A stretch of 64,000 bases of DNA from Halocafeteria seosinensis. Taxonomy: Eukaryota. The position numbers and the translations under genes were made by a program. The notes under the pieces are model-generated. The model ran no database searches. It was given only the letters and a program-made list of their open reading frames with translations, and was not told the DNA's origin. The number at the start of each line of letters is the position of its first letter. Within the stretch, counting starts at the first letter, position 1. The stretch is from contig LVLI01000172.1 in NCBI GenBank assembly GCA_001687465.1, positions 186,001-250,000 of the forward strand. The letters are read 5' to 3'. Below, piece after piece: positions 1 to 11,072 of this stretch.

Positions 1-3000
1 CAATTTGCCGAATAACTCATGAGCCACGTTAGTATCCTTATTTTGAACAGCAAGTTGCAGATCATCAAGTACCCCCAAAATGTTATCGGCTGAGTGCTTG
101 AATCTAGTTAGGGCATGCTTGATGCGGTTCTCTAATTGCTTGCATGTTAATGCATGTCTTCGGATCACCTCTGAAGCTTGTGGTAAACCCTGGACGCTAC
201 GATATGCCGCTTCAAAGTGTTTCCCAGTCGACCGCAGAAGATCTATGAGACTATCCAGGTCTAAAGAGCGTTTCACCGTCAACCTTATTTCATCGGAACA
301 ATTACCCTTCAGACCTCCCACGGAGGTTAGAGCATCGGCTTCCCCGTCACTTTTATACTTCACATTCGTCATGGTCATTCCAGGGGTGTCCAAAGCACTA
401 CCATTTGAGAAGCGGCCGGTGTCAGCGTGGTCGATTTGAGAGTCCGGTGTGCCGGTTGCGGAGACGCTTGTTTGCGTGAGTGAGACGGAATTGGAGCTTG
501 TCTGTCCCTCCGCGGTGTCACTTTTCAAAGGAGACGATCGTTCCGAGGCAAACCATGGATGTTTCAAGCATTGATCCACCGATAATCGCTTCTCAGGGTC
601 CACTTGCAGCATTCCCGTTATCAACTGTTTCGCATCAGAGGAGATATGTGTCCATACTGGTGGAGGAAAATGAAATGTGCCAGTTTTTATGCGTTCTTCC
701 CATGACATTTGGGCGACTTGATCATTTTCATCACCCTCGTCTTCAGGGTACTCATCGAATGGGAGGTACCCAGCTAGCATAGCATAAAGAATGACCCCTA
801 GACTCCACACGTCCACAGGCTTACCATACTTAGACGGCATCTGACGAGCGAAGAGCACCTCAGGCGCAACATACTGTGGACTGCCACAGAAAGTAGACGC
901 GCCTCCGGCTGTGTTGCCAATGTAACGAGCGACACCAAAGTCGGCAATTTTGACCCGTAGTGCAACATCGCCATTTTCGTCGCTCCTGTTTGCTTCGTCC
1001 TTCGAATTCATAACCAGTATATTCTCAGGCTTTAAGTCTCTATGTATTATATTTTCCTGATGCATAAACTGGAGGGCTTGTAGCGCCTGTTTCATAACAT
1101 TTCTCGCCTGGTCCTCACTGAAATTGCCTGCTGAAACTAAGCTGTCAAACAACTCGCCACCCTTTGCATACTCAGTCACAATATACACGTAATGATCACT
1201 TTGATGAGAATACACATCAAACAAATGAATGATATTCAAGTGCTGACCAAGTTTTGAAAGCACTTGAACCTCATCGAGCAGTCTACTTTGCTTCCAGTTC
1301 TGACTTAGGCGAAACCGTTTTGTGTCGATGCACTTAACAGCTCGTTGTTCTCCATTCTCCCGATGAGTACACGTTCTTACAACGCTAAACGTTCCTCGAC
1401 CAATTATATCTCCTAACTCATAATCATCGTGGAAAGGCGTCTTCTTGATCTTCGCGTTGCCATCGCTACGACCGCTATCCAGTATATCGGTGCCGGTAGA
1501 ATCTCCTGTTCCTTGTCTATGGGTCGGCCGTTTAATTCTTAAAGGGGTCATCCCACTTGGTCTTACGTCACTCAGCTTCATATCGCTGTCCTCACTACCC
1601 CCCGCCTCGCTCTTGTTGTGTTCCGAGGCAGACAAGGGCTGCGAAGTCGAAGCTCCATCTCCTTTCAACTCCTCTGCTTCAAGTCGCGAGGTAGTTAAGC
1701 TCCGCTCGCTTTCGTAGCTTGCCGTTCGTTCCTCCACATTATGTTCCTTGTGCGAGGTGTTTTGCTGTTCCTCGAAACGGTTAACCTGCGGGGAGTGACT
1801 GTAAGACCGTCCCGAGGATGCTAAATAACCATTCCTACTAGTGTTTTGCTGCGATTTCCCAGACCCACGCCTATTCCGCACACTTGAGTACGCGCCATCT
1901 GCCCGCAAGTCATAATACGAAGAAGCATTGTAATCGCCCTGGTACTGAGCCGGGGTATCATAAGAATTTATATGCGTATCCCTAGTCTGACAAGCGTCCA
2001 ACGACAATGGTATACCTGTTCCGCCAGCGTCGCTGAGAGGCTGGAGCTGCGGTGATACCTCAATACTGTGGTGTTCTGATGAGAGCTCTGAGGGCGTTCC
2101 TTGGTAGGAGTAACGATTTTGATGTTGCGAAGAAGAATTTTTCTCATGTTCGTAAACAACGTCCTCATTGTCCGCCTGACCCGTTATTTGCCTGTTGACA
2201 AAAGGTGTGCTACTTTCTGAGGATTCACTATACTCAGGAGGCCTCAAGTAGCTCGGAGGGATTCCGTGTTGCCCACTAGAAACACCACCATAATGTTGTC
2301 CCTGCTCGCCGGACGGTGGTCCCCATTCTTGGTGCCCTGGTGCACCTCCTTGACTATTGTAGCGAGATGGGTGAAGGGGTGGACGTGCCGCTTCACCATA
2401 CGCCTGCTTTAATATTACTGGTTCCGTTGGACAAGAGCTGGAATTACCAGGTCTACCGTAGTGACGACTATTATTTGCGTGAGTCCCAACGTAAGAGTCG
2501 CTTCCGGGTGTGCCGTGTCCGTAAGTTATACTCAAGGGCGGCGATTCGTCCAAAGAAAATTGGGGAGGGTGCATACCACCTCCCATACCCGGCTCTACTT
2601 GAGGAGAATAGTGAGGTGACAAGTGTCGCGACGGTGTTCTCCACGTCCCAGGAGGTGTCCGACTAACTTGGGGATTATAGTGCCGACTAGCATTGGAGAC
2701 ATGCGCAGGGGATGCTGTATGGCTAGCAGAATGCTGTGAGACGTAACTACCATAGGACGTTTCGTCGCCGATATAGCCCTTGGAACTATCCGGCACCCTA
2801 GGTGTACTTCCTCTCGAGCCGTCTGCCATCTGTTTCTGGGTTCTTATTAGTTGCATTTGGTCTTGATCCAATTTCAATCGCTGTTCATCTATTTCTTGTT
2901 GTCTTCGCATCAGTAACTCATCCGTCGTCAACTCTGAATCTGGCCTCGGGCTCTCATTTTTCTCTGTTTCCTCGTCGTCCTTCCTCCCCCGGTCGTTTTT

Positions 3001-3120
3001 CCGTGCAGTTCCCGTGCCATCTACACCCGTCTTCCTCATTAACAAATACGTTGCAACAGTGGCAACGACACCAGCTGCTGACGCCGCTAAAACGACTGTA
3101 AAGGCTTGATTCCGATCCAT
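1..3120 (-). CDS. Ser/Thr protein kinase (CAMK group) with N-terminal hydrophobic anchor and long Ser/Pro-rich linker; 3' end lies outside the window
   Basis: Manual translation from ATG 3120 gives MDRNQAFTVVLAASAAGVVATVATYLLMRK. The same frame contains IGRGTFSVV, AVK, IIHRDLKPENIL, DFG, FCGSPQYVAPE, DVWSLGVILYAMLAGYLPF and KHPWF (about 1415-550). It is absent from the ORF track, consistent with no stop before base 1. Confidence 0.9.
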   Translation of the reverse strand, partial: MDRNQAFTVVLAASAAGVVATVATYLLMRKTGVDGTGTARKNDRGRKDDEETEKNESPRPDSELTTDELLMRRQQEIDEQRLKLDQDQMQLIRTQKQMADGSRGSTPRVPDSSKGYIGDETSYGSYVSQHSASHTASPAHVSNASRHYNPQVSRTPPGTWRTPSRHLSPHYSPQVEPGMGGGMHPPQFSLDESPPLSITYGHGTPGSDSYVGTHANNSRHYGRPGNSSSCPTEPVILKQAYGEAARPPLHPSRYNSQGGAPGHQEWGPPSGEQGQHYGGVSSGQHGIPPSYLRPPEYSESSESSTPFVNRQITGQADNEDVVYEHEKNSSSQHQNRYSYQGTPSELSSEHHSIEVSPQLQPLSDAGGTGIPLSLDACQTRDTHINSYDTPAQYQGDYNASSYYDLRADGAYSSVRNRRGSGKSQQNTSRNGYLASSGRSYSHSPQVNRFEEQQNTSHKEHNVEERTASYESERSLTTSRLEAEELKGDGASTSQPLSASEHNKSEAGGSEDSDMKLSDVRPSGMTPLRIKRPTHRQGTGDSTGTDILDSGRSDGNAKIKKTPFHDDYELGDIIGRGTFSVVRTCTHRENGEQRAVKCIDTKRFRLSQNWKQSRLLDEVQVLSKLGQHLNIIHLFDVYSHQSDHYVYIVTEYAKGGELFDSLVSAGNFSEDQARNVMKQALQALQFMHQENIIHRDLKPENILVMNSKDEANRSDENGDVALRVKIADFGVARYIGNTAGGASTFCGSPQYVAPEVLFARQMPSKYGKPVDVWSLGVILYAMLAGYLPFDEYPEDEGDENDQVAQMSWEERIKTGTFHFPPPVWTHISSDAKQLITGMLQVDPEKRLSVDQCLKHPWFASERSSPLKSDTAEGQTSSNSVSLTQTSVSATGTPDSQIDHADTGRFSNGSALDTPGMTMTNVKYKSDGEADALTSVGGLKGNCSDEIRLTVKRSLDLDSLIDLLRSTGKHFEAAYRSVQGLPQASEVIRRHALTCKQLENRIKHALTRFKHSADNILGVLDDLQLAVQNKDTNVAHELFGKL

Positions 3121-4317
3121 TGTGACCTTCTAACAACGTCACTCTACCACTGCGCTTCCTCCGGAATGGTTCCGTGGGCTTCAACAACAGCTGTTCCCAA
3201 CCACAACACGTGGTCTGTCCTCCCCCTTTTTTCAACCTCTGCAACGGCAAGAAGGCAGTTGATGCACAAGGTACACTATACAGACAAAACACTACATATG
3301 AAAGCACATATGAGCGACAAGAAGCATATGACCAAGCGACAAACTCCACACGAGCAGAAACTGAGAAAATGGGCTCTCACCTTGCCTATACGCCTGTTTT
3401 CTTCTGTTCCAGCTTTACCAACTATACATATAGCCTCGCATATGAAAAATGCACACTATGAAACAAGCTGATTTATCGCTAATGGTCGTTTTTCCAAGTT
3501 TGAGCAAGTATCCGTGGTGTGGCGTGTCCATGAAAAGGCAAGAATTGAGTGATTTTCCACCTTTCCTGGGCCGGCACTTACAGCTTAACAAAGAAAGGTA
3601 GACCTACTGACACACCTGCACTCATCGGTAGTATCAAAAAGGTGCCACTAACACTGTATAAACCCTCAAATGCATAGGTTTTCCAATAAAAATGCCAGCC
3701 CGGATCCGGGCCACCAGCCCGGCTCCAGGGTCATGTGATACTGTATCGTGTGTGTGTGCTGTATGATACTGTACCACGAGAATGCTCGATACATACAGTA
3801 CATCGAATTTATCAACGGTGCACAAGAACATGAATACGTACGTATCCAAAAGTCCTTCATTTTCTTGCATACGTATTATCCGCCAGTCGTGATTTATGCA
3901 TTGTTAGTCAACGGGAAGGTGATAAATAAATTTGTACAAATAGTTGCAGTGCATTGCAGGCTCCGGGAGTTGGAAGTTACATGGTATCAGCTCCGAGCGC
4001 TGTCACCGGAATTTCTTGCCTTTATGTTAGGCTACCGCGCAAAAATGTACAAACTGTATAAAAGTTTTATCAGTTGTACCCAGCCACATGTACTGTGTTC
4101 AACCTGATAAGAGTGCAATTATCTGATTCCAACAAAGTCGAAGCACCCGGAGTGTTGGCATGGTACAAGACAAGCACATGACTAGAACACCTAGTTTCGC
4201 GCCTGGTCTCGTATGACGAAGAAACTTAGTACAACTAAGTTCAGTTTGTAGGCCGCTGTACAGGCCACTCAGTCAAGTTGGTTACCCGGAACTGTTGTAC
4301 AATACGTGCAACACCAT

Positions 4318-4365
4318 TGCGGTCAACTTCCCGCCCGGTGGGCTATCTGTCACATGTGTGTGTGT
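4318..4365 (+). mobile_element. Very short, 5'-truncated copy of a (TG)n-tailed retroelement
   Basis: tgcggtcaacttcccgcccggtgggctatctgtcacatgtgtgtgtgt is nearly identical to 61384-61432. It is flanked by a degenerate direct repeat (tgtacaa...aacacc at 4296-4315 and 4363-4381). Confidence 0.7.
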
Positions 4366-4745
4366 ACAACCAGGTAACACCGCGAAGTTTGTTCCCACTA
4401 ACCTGAAGAAGACTTGGTGGTGAAATCAAAACTATCTACTATTTATACGACCCTCGAACATCAAGTGCGGTGGGAATGAACATGTGCGCCCTATTTCGTT
4501 CTGGAGTTGTCACTCACAATTTTGAGTCACAAAGCGGTTTCGGAGCAGCGCATTGCAGATTGGATACTGACTNCCCTGANCTAGTTNTAGCTTTATTCTT
4601 CCCAGTTTCTCCGTTATTGACCAGATGGTATTGTTTAGTTCAATGTTATATTCTATAAGCTCCATTTACTCTTCGTATTGGTCTAGTATAGTTTGGACGA
4701 AACAGGAATCGAAAAGACTGAAACGAGAATTTCTTCCTTTTTCAG

Positions 4746-4792
4746 CACACACACACAAATGTGACAGATAGCCCACCGGCCGGGAAGCCGAC
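4746..4792 (-). mobile_element. Inverted short copy of the same (TG)n-tailed element
   Basis: The reverse complement reads gtcggcttcccggccggtgggctatctgtcacatttgtgtgtgtgtg, which matches the 61393-61432 core. Confidence 0.7.
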
Positions 4793-5000
4793 AGTAAAAA
4801 GCTGTAAGGCATTCAGACTGCGCCTATTTGCTGTCATTGATGTATCGTCTTTCAATATCAAGAGGAGTGTAACAAGGAAAGAGGACTTTTCGTCACAGTG
4901 CATCATATGATACATATCCAGCACAAATAATTGGCAACTGTATCTACTGGAAAACGAGAATTCTTCTTTCTTTCATCCAGGCCACTGAAATACACCAGAC

Positions 5001-7091
5001 ATGTCCCAAGAAAGAGAGCTTTATGGGCGTTTGCAAGAAACGGAGAGAGTATTGAATTCACTAAATAGCCGGAAGAATGCACCTCTGATGCCCCCGGAAG
5101 GTGGTTTGACCCGCGTGTTCCAATCTGTCCCCAGTGGGGACGGCAGAGGAATGGTCTTGTCTCAACAATATGGAAGTCAACATAGTTCCCAGAGTTTAAG
5201 CCAAAGCCAAAATAGCCATGGATTGGATGGCTTAGATGGACTGGTCAGCTTTTCGCAGCGGAGCTCTCTTAATCAAACGCAGACTTCGAGTTCCTCAAGG
5301 AATGACAGAGGCAGCTATCTTCGTGGCGGTTGTAGAAGTGCAAACGACCCTCAAACAACAATGTCTCCAAAGTCAAATGCTACAGCGGTAAATACTCGAG
5401 TACTTTTCCAACTGAAACATACTATGGAGCAAACATTTGATAAAGTAAAACAAATAGGAGAGTATCTAATGGAGAGAGAAACGTCTAGCAATTCTCGGAC
5501 CGGCGACACGAACACAGAAAATATGCTCAACACATTGCAAATGGTGCAAAGTGATGTAAGACACTTAATTCAGACGACTCAAAAGGGAAAGGAAGAACCT
5601 ACAGCCTTCCAGCAAGCTGTCCACAAAGTGAACCAGCAAGGGTATGAGGAACTTCTGCTAGAGGTAGTAACCCAACAAAAAGCATTGCTTGCTGAGTTTG
5701 GTGAACGTCTGACTTCGATGGATGAATCCATGAACTCGATAAGCGATTGCGTCAAGTCGTCAACCAGCGTTGCTGCAACAATGCTCACCCCAGAGACAAA
5801 CTCAAAACCCACTGCTGTAGGCCCGACCGAAGAGAGCAAGGAGGAAGCCCAAAGGAGTAGGAAACGATCCCGAGCTGTATCAAGTCTAAAACATTGTACA
5901 AACAGCTCCTCAGAACTCAAAGAAAAACAGAACGCGAAGGAGCGATGCAACACTAAGGGAATTCCCTCCATCACCCGGTCCTCTCTCCGAGCTTCACGCC
6001 ACTTAGGCAAAGAAACTACCAGTAGCCAAGAGCAGGTTCAAAGGCGGAAGCGTCTCGAACACAATGGCACTAACTCTGTAGTGGAAGGAAAGAAACCAAC
6101 TCCAAGGAAACGTCATGAGAACACAGCATCGAGGGGGTCCGCGACGAAACCAAAGAACGAACTCGACACCAAGAAGGATGCAAAACCAACGAGCAGGGTC
6201 AAAGCACAAAAAAACACGAAGAAACGCGGAAACAGCACAGCTACGCAAGAGCACAAGAAGCGCCTGGCGAAGAGAGCCAAAACAGAGACGAGTACCACTC
6301 AGACTCTTCGAAAGACCAAGAATAAGAAACCACAGAAAGTCTCGAAACCCCCCTTAAAAATTACCGACTCAGACATAATATCCCCTTCGGAGAGCGTAAT
6401 GTCGACCCCTTCCCCGATACACCAAAGCGAAAACAACGTAAGGTGCAATCCAGTGAGACGACGGCTCGTCACAGGAAACTCAACCCCCCAATACCAATAC
6501 GGACTCGGTAGGAAAAAAGGTCATGACGCTACCACGGCCGTAACTAGAGGTGCGGATGATGCTGTATCCATTTCCCAAACCTCAAAACCTTTGGTATCCT
6601 CATTGTTCGTGGAGTACAAAGAAAAGGCATCTCCGAAGAATCAAGCCACTGATTCTCCTCTGATCGAACCATCTATGTCGCTTGAAGAAATTGACAACTT
6701 GTTCCAGGAGAACAGCCCTTGTATGAGTCGCGAGTCGATGCAAAACCAAATGATGTTTCCAGGCAATGAAGAAGACCCAGGAGCACCAACTCAATCGCAG
6801 GCCGCTAGTACCCTCGGTAGCCATCCAGTTTCAAGGAGTGAATGGAATAGCGAGGAGGACAAGCAGGACGACGATTTGCCGGATGTGATTCCCTCGTTGT
6901 CCCAAACCCAACTAGCTGCTGTTTCTCGGTATCGTGGACACGGAGAGGGTATGACTAAGATACCGAAAGCTGATGCAATTCCGAAGGACGATTGCCATCA
7001 ATTCTCCCCTCCTTTGTTCAACTTTCGGGAGGCATGGATGCATTCCAGACGACAGCGATTGAGAAATAACATCAGTAAATTGTACCAATAA
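5001..7091 (+). CDS. Uncharacterised 696-aa protein with an SQ/TQ-rich N-terminus, central coiled coil and basic disordered C-half (Mer2/IHO1/PRD3-like layout)
   Basis: Single long ORF containing SQQYGSQHSSQSLSQSQ...SFSQ, a heptad-like region at about aa 135-255 and a K/R-rich region. The family assignment is inference only. Confidence 0.75.
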   Translation: MSQERELYGRLQETERVLNSLNSRKNAPLMPPEGGLTRVFQSVPSGDGRGMVLSQQYGSQHSSQSLSQSQNSHGLDGLDGLVSFSQRSSLNQTQTSSSSRNDRGSYLRGGCRSANDPQTTMSPKSNATAVNTRVLFQLKHTMEQTFDKVKQIGEYLMERETSSNSRTGDTNTENMLNTLQMVQSDVRHLIQTTQKGKEEPTAFQQAVHKVNQQGYEELLLEVVTQQKALLAEFGERLTSMDESMNSISDCVKSSTSVAATMLTPETNSKPTAVGPTEESKEEAQRSRKRSRAVSSLKHCTNSSSELKEKQNAKERCNTKGIPSITRSSLRASRHLGKETTSSQEQVQRRKRLEHNGTNSVVEGKKPTPRKRHENTASRGSATKPKNELDTKKDAKPTSRVKAQKNTKKRGNSTATQEHKKRLAKRAKTETSTTQTLRKTKNKKPQKVSKPPLKITDSDIISPSESVMSTPSPIHQSENNVRCNPVRRRLVTGNSTPQYQYGLGRKKGHDATTAVTRGADDAVSISQTSKPLVSSLFVEYKEKASPKNQATDSPLIEPSMSLEEIDNLFQENSPCMSRESMQNQMMFPGNEEDPGAPTQSQAASTLGSHPVSRSEWNSEEDKQDDDLPDVIPSLSQTQLAAVSRYRGHGEGMTKIPKADAIPKDDCHQFSPPLFNFREAWMHSRRQRLRNNISKLYQ

Positions 7092-7335
7092 GTCAGCCAC
7101 AACATCGGATGTTCTTGTAATCCATAGATACTCTCCGCCGAGGTTGGTGGCCCAGACGGTCAGACCAGGCTTGTTGTTCACAACTTCAGCACCATAGCAG
7201 CCGGCCTCGGGTCCAGCTCAGTCTGGCAGTAGATCAAGCCTAGCAGTTGTAATGAATTGATGCAAAGGTACTAGGTACAGTGTATATTTTTTCGCTTCAG
7301 AAAATATATTTAATAGTGTTTGTAAAAGGATAATA

Positions 7336-10300
7336 ATGTCTTCGGAGGAAACATGGAGCAGCCCCTTCAATGGGCCTGTCTGTGACTCCCATGGCCTGGA
7401 GCTCCATTCAATGAGGACAATGATGCCTCCATTGCCCTTATCACATTCCGACTCCTCCGATATAAACCAAATTGCCAGCAATCAAGCTTCCGGAAGCGGT
7501 AAACTTAACGTGGGCTCTTTATACCCTGTCCTTGTCAGTCCCAGGAAAGTCGAAATAATACGAGTATGTGCCATGATTTATCCCTTTTCCTGCGCTCTAA
7601 TGAGCGTTATCGCGGTCCTGCAACGATATATTACCGTACTTGTTGTTGTCGTTGCAGTATGAAGACCAGAAATGCTTGTATAGGTGGACTATCCCCTATC
7701 CGACGCATGACCAATTTGATGGGCCTTTTTGCCAAATTCCCCATCATGATGATTCGGTGACGGAAGATCAATCGTACGTTTGATATTGGATGGAGCATGG
7801 ATTTTTTTTTGTTCCCGGCCCTTATTCAATTGGTTGAGTCTTTTGAGAGTGCAGAAAGAGCAACCGACAAACTCCTCAGCCAAAGCGGGGAGGTATGTTG
7901 TGTGCCAGTGTAAATTCCAAATACGTATGGATGTGGCCCCTCTATGCTACAAACCTGAATGATTCCAGGCATGTAACAAAGATCTCAATGGTACGTTGAG
8001 GAGTGAGTCCTAAAGGTGCATAGTCTCGTTTACATCTGCGGTTATCTGCTACCCGGACAGCACCATACCGTCGCAGCATTACACGCGGTGGATAATGTGC
8101 CCTTCTTTGCTGTGGTGCACACGAATGCGGATTTTAGTGTCTTTGATGACAAGGGCGTTTTGATGACTACGATTCGACCCAGCATCTACTCTGAAAGTGG
8201 AGTGGCACCTTCAGTTATCAAAACTGCCGCCAGCTCGTTGTGGCTCGAGCAGCAGGCACCAGGTGTATATAAGTTCTTAGTGGCATCGCTAACACGAGTC
8301 AAACGCCCGAATAATTCTCCACCGAAAAGGAAGAATACGAGGATACATGCCGACGCAGGAGAAAGCGACTTGGACATCAACTTTTATTCTGTGTATTATA
8401 ATACTTTAAATGAGAAGAAGACCCTCGGGGGCCAAGACCAACGAAGTAAAAATGTTCTTGTTCCGGCACACACATGCACCGCCACGGAATCTGGCTGTAT
8501 TCATGTTAATCATGCGATACGTGAATTACCGGATCCCCAAGCACAGCGGAATCCCAAACTTCTAATCGTCAACGATCCTCCATGCATTTTGCTATCACTA
8601 GGTACAAACTTCTTATACAAATTCGGATTGAGAACTACGTTGTATGATACCGACTTGGCGTTTCCTTCTCCTAGTCTAGATGCGATTCGCAGGCCATTTC
8701 AGTGGAATATCGGTACAAAGGAACTGAACGATGACAGCTTTACTGCCAAGGAGACGGATATAGGCCACCCCACTAGTGGCGTAGATATTCTTGGAGACGA
8801 TAAGGTGTTAACTAGTGGAGTAGCTAGCGATTCGGGAACTCTTTCGTTCGTATTGAGTACAGTCAGCGTTAGATACTTGGCTCGAATCTCCCGACAAACG
8901 ACCAAGTGCTTTACAAATCTAAGGAAAGACGAAGATCCGGTGAAGTTGGGCTGCTCCGTTTTCGTCAATCAAGTATCTAATATTGCGGTAGTTTTCTTTG
9001 GAGGTGAAGTCAGATCCTCCAGCCTTTCCGCGAACGATAGTGGTTCGTTGGCGGCGATCCTGAAGGATCACGGAGCCCGGGCTCCCAGTGAAGGGTCGTG
9101 CTCTACCCCTGTTACGGGCAATATAAACGAGATATTGTCAACTTTAGCTTCCCAAGATGCGACGCCCCGGAAGCGCCGAAGGAGGAATAGCAAAGATGTC
9201 GGGACAGGTAGAGAGACCAACTCCTCAAAAATGTTGGAGGGACCCCAGGGATACGACGCACGAGAGTCATGGGAAAATGCGTGGAAAGCGTTGAGCAAGT
9301 CTCAAGACAGTTTAAGGGAAAGGTGGGAGAGCAAATCAGCATCGCAGATCGTTGAAGATGCAGGCACTTTACTCTCACAGAGAGGAAATGATTCTTCCCC
9401 TCCGATTGACGAGGGTCCTCTGCGCCTTCTTATTTCCAGCCTCAATGAATGTCTAGCACAAAAATCATCGAGGATGCGTTCGGTGATGGAGACAGTCATC
9501 CGTCAGATATTGGACGATCGTCTCATTGTGGGTGTGTCTTCAGGTGAAAGGACTCTGTGCGCGCGGCTTCCGTACTTAAATAGCCTGGTAAGTTACCCTT
9601 CTTATGGCTTGCTCTTTTACGCACCAATAAGCGTTCCTTGCAAAGCTCTCACTGTAAGGGACTTCGCAGTGGTGCAACAAGAATAGAGGGAGTCTTTCCC
9701 TACTGGAGAGCCATTTATTGTGCTGCATCCGGTTCTACGACCTCTTACATTTACTTCTTTGTGTGATGTTTCGCTTGTGCAGGACCTGTTAGATAAGGCT
9801 GTGGAATCGGTTTCACAACTGCCAGAGGACATTTTGGTAGAGTATTTACAATGGACCATTTCAAACGTGGGAGACATAGAGTCGGAGAAATTGGACTCCA
9901 CCAAGCGGAAGTTTGGTATCGCGAACGTAGACTCAGAAGACGTGGGCGTTATATGTCTGATGACCGAAGCTCTTTCTAAGTCATGGAACGATATTGAGCT
10001 TGAGAATTCTCTTCGCAAGGTGGATGTGTGGATCGTAGTCCGCCTTCTTTCGGTGCTATTATTCTTGTTGCATAAAACGTATCAGCACAAAGTCTTTGCG
10101 GAAGATCAGTCGGCAGATGATAAGCAGTTCATATTGCGAGTAGTCCAGTGGATGCAAATTGCCTTGGATTCGCAATTCGCGTCGCTACTGTTGAACTCCT
10201 CCATGGATCAGCGATTTCTCGATGTCCTCCAGCGGTATCAGCATCTTGTTAAGGAAGTAGTTGAAGCTACCTACCACACATGTGAAGTTTATGGAGCGAT

Positions 10301-10376
10301 TGGACATATTATCAACAAAGCGAAGCTTCCTGTCAAACCTCTCCCGGAGTATTCCATTGAAATGACGGTACTATGA
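7336..10376 (+). CDS. NOL11: Nucleolar protein 11-like (multi-exon; 5' exon structure uncertain)
   Basis: ORFs 8016-9686 and 9720-10376 are joined by a GT..AG intron (about 9587-9658). The C-terminal helical region (QLPEDILVEYL, VQWMQIALDSQFASLL) ends in PEYSIEMTVL, like the NOL11 C-terminus (YSIEVLELF). Confidence 0.6.
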
Positions 10377-11072
10377 GCAAGGCCGTGTTGGTTTGTTGGC
10401 AGGTTTGGTATGAGCAGACACGCTCAAGTCCCAGGCTCGTATATTGCTTAACAGGAATTAGCTCCGCACGGGCCTACACTGTATGTCACGGGCTGGAAGC
10501 ATCTGTATGGTTGAGAACCAAAATATTGACATTGCTAATAAATGTTTCCAATTTATACGAAAAGCACGATCACGTTCACTTGCTCACTCGCTCAGAGCTA
10601 TTTTCCGTGTTTGTGGACCCTCCCTCTTCTTGAAACTTCTCCCTGAGCCGCAAGACACAAGGAGGGATAGATTCAGGCCATTACGTAGCGTTGTCTTGAT
10701 GCGACAACAGCGGCCTAAGGTGGATCATTCCATAGATTCGTATCTGCAGATTCTCAGAATGCATACCAACCTGGGTGATAAACTGTAAATAATGTGCTAT
10801 AAGCCTCCATACACTTATGGCATAAAGGCTTGCTTCGGCTGGGAAGTTACCTTGCCACGCTGCGCCACCTTCACAACCATTTCTTCAACTCCACCGCATC
10901 TGTTCGACGTGTGGAATGTCAATGTAGAAAGGTTGTTGGCGTGTCTACTTCCGATATTAGGTTGTCTGCATCTCACGGGCATGTCATGTCGAATGCCGTG
11001 TATTGAATGAATGCGTGTTCTTGTATCGAGTAGAAGTATTGATTGCTGTGTTGCGTTTACGTGGTAGATTCG

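Noticed and set aside
4570..4590. Three N bases
   Set aside because: Sequence or assembly ambiguity, not a biological feature.
4318..4792. MITE defined by the two inverted copies as TIRs
   Set aside because: Each copy appears to have its own flanking direct repeat and a solo copy exists at 61.3 kb, so independent retro-insertions fit better.
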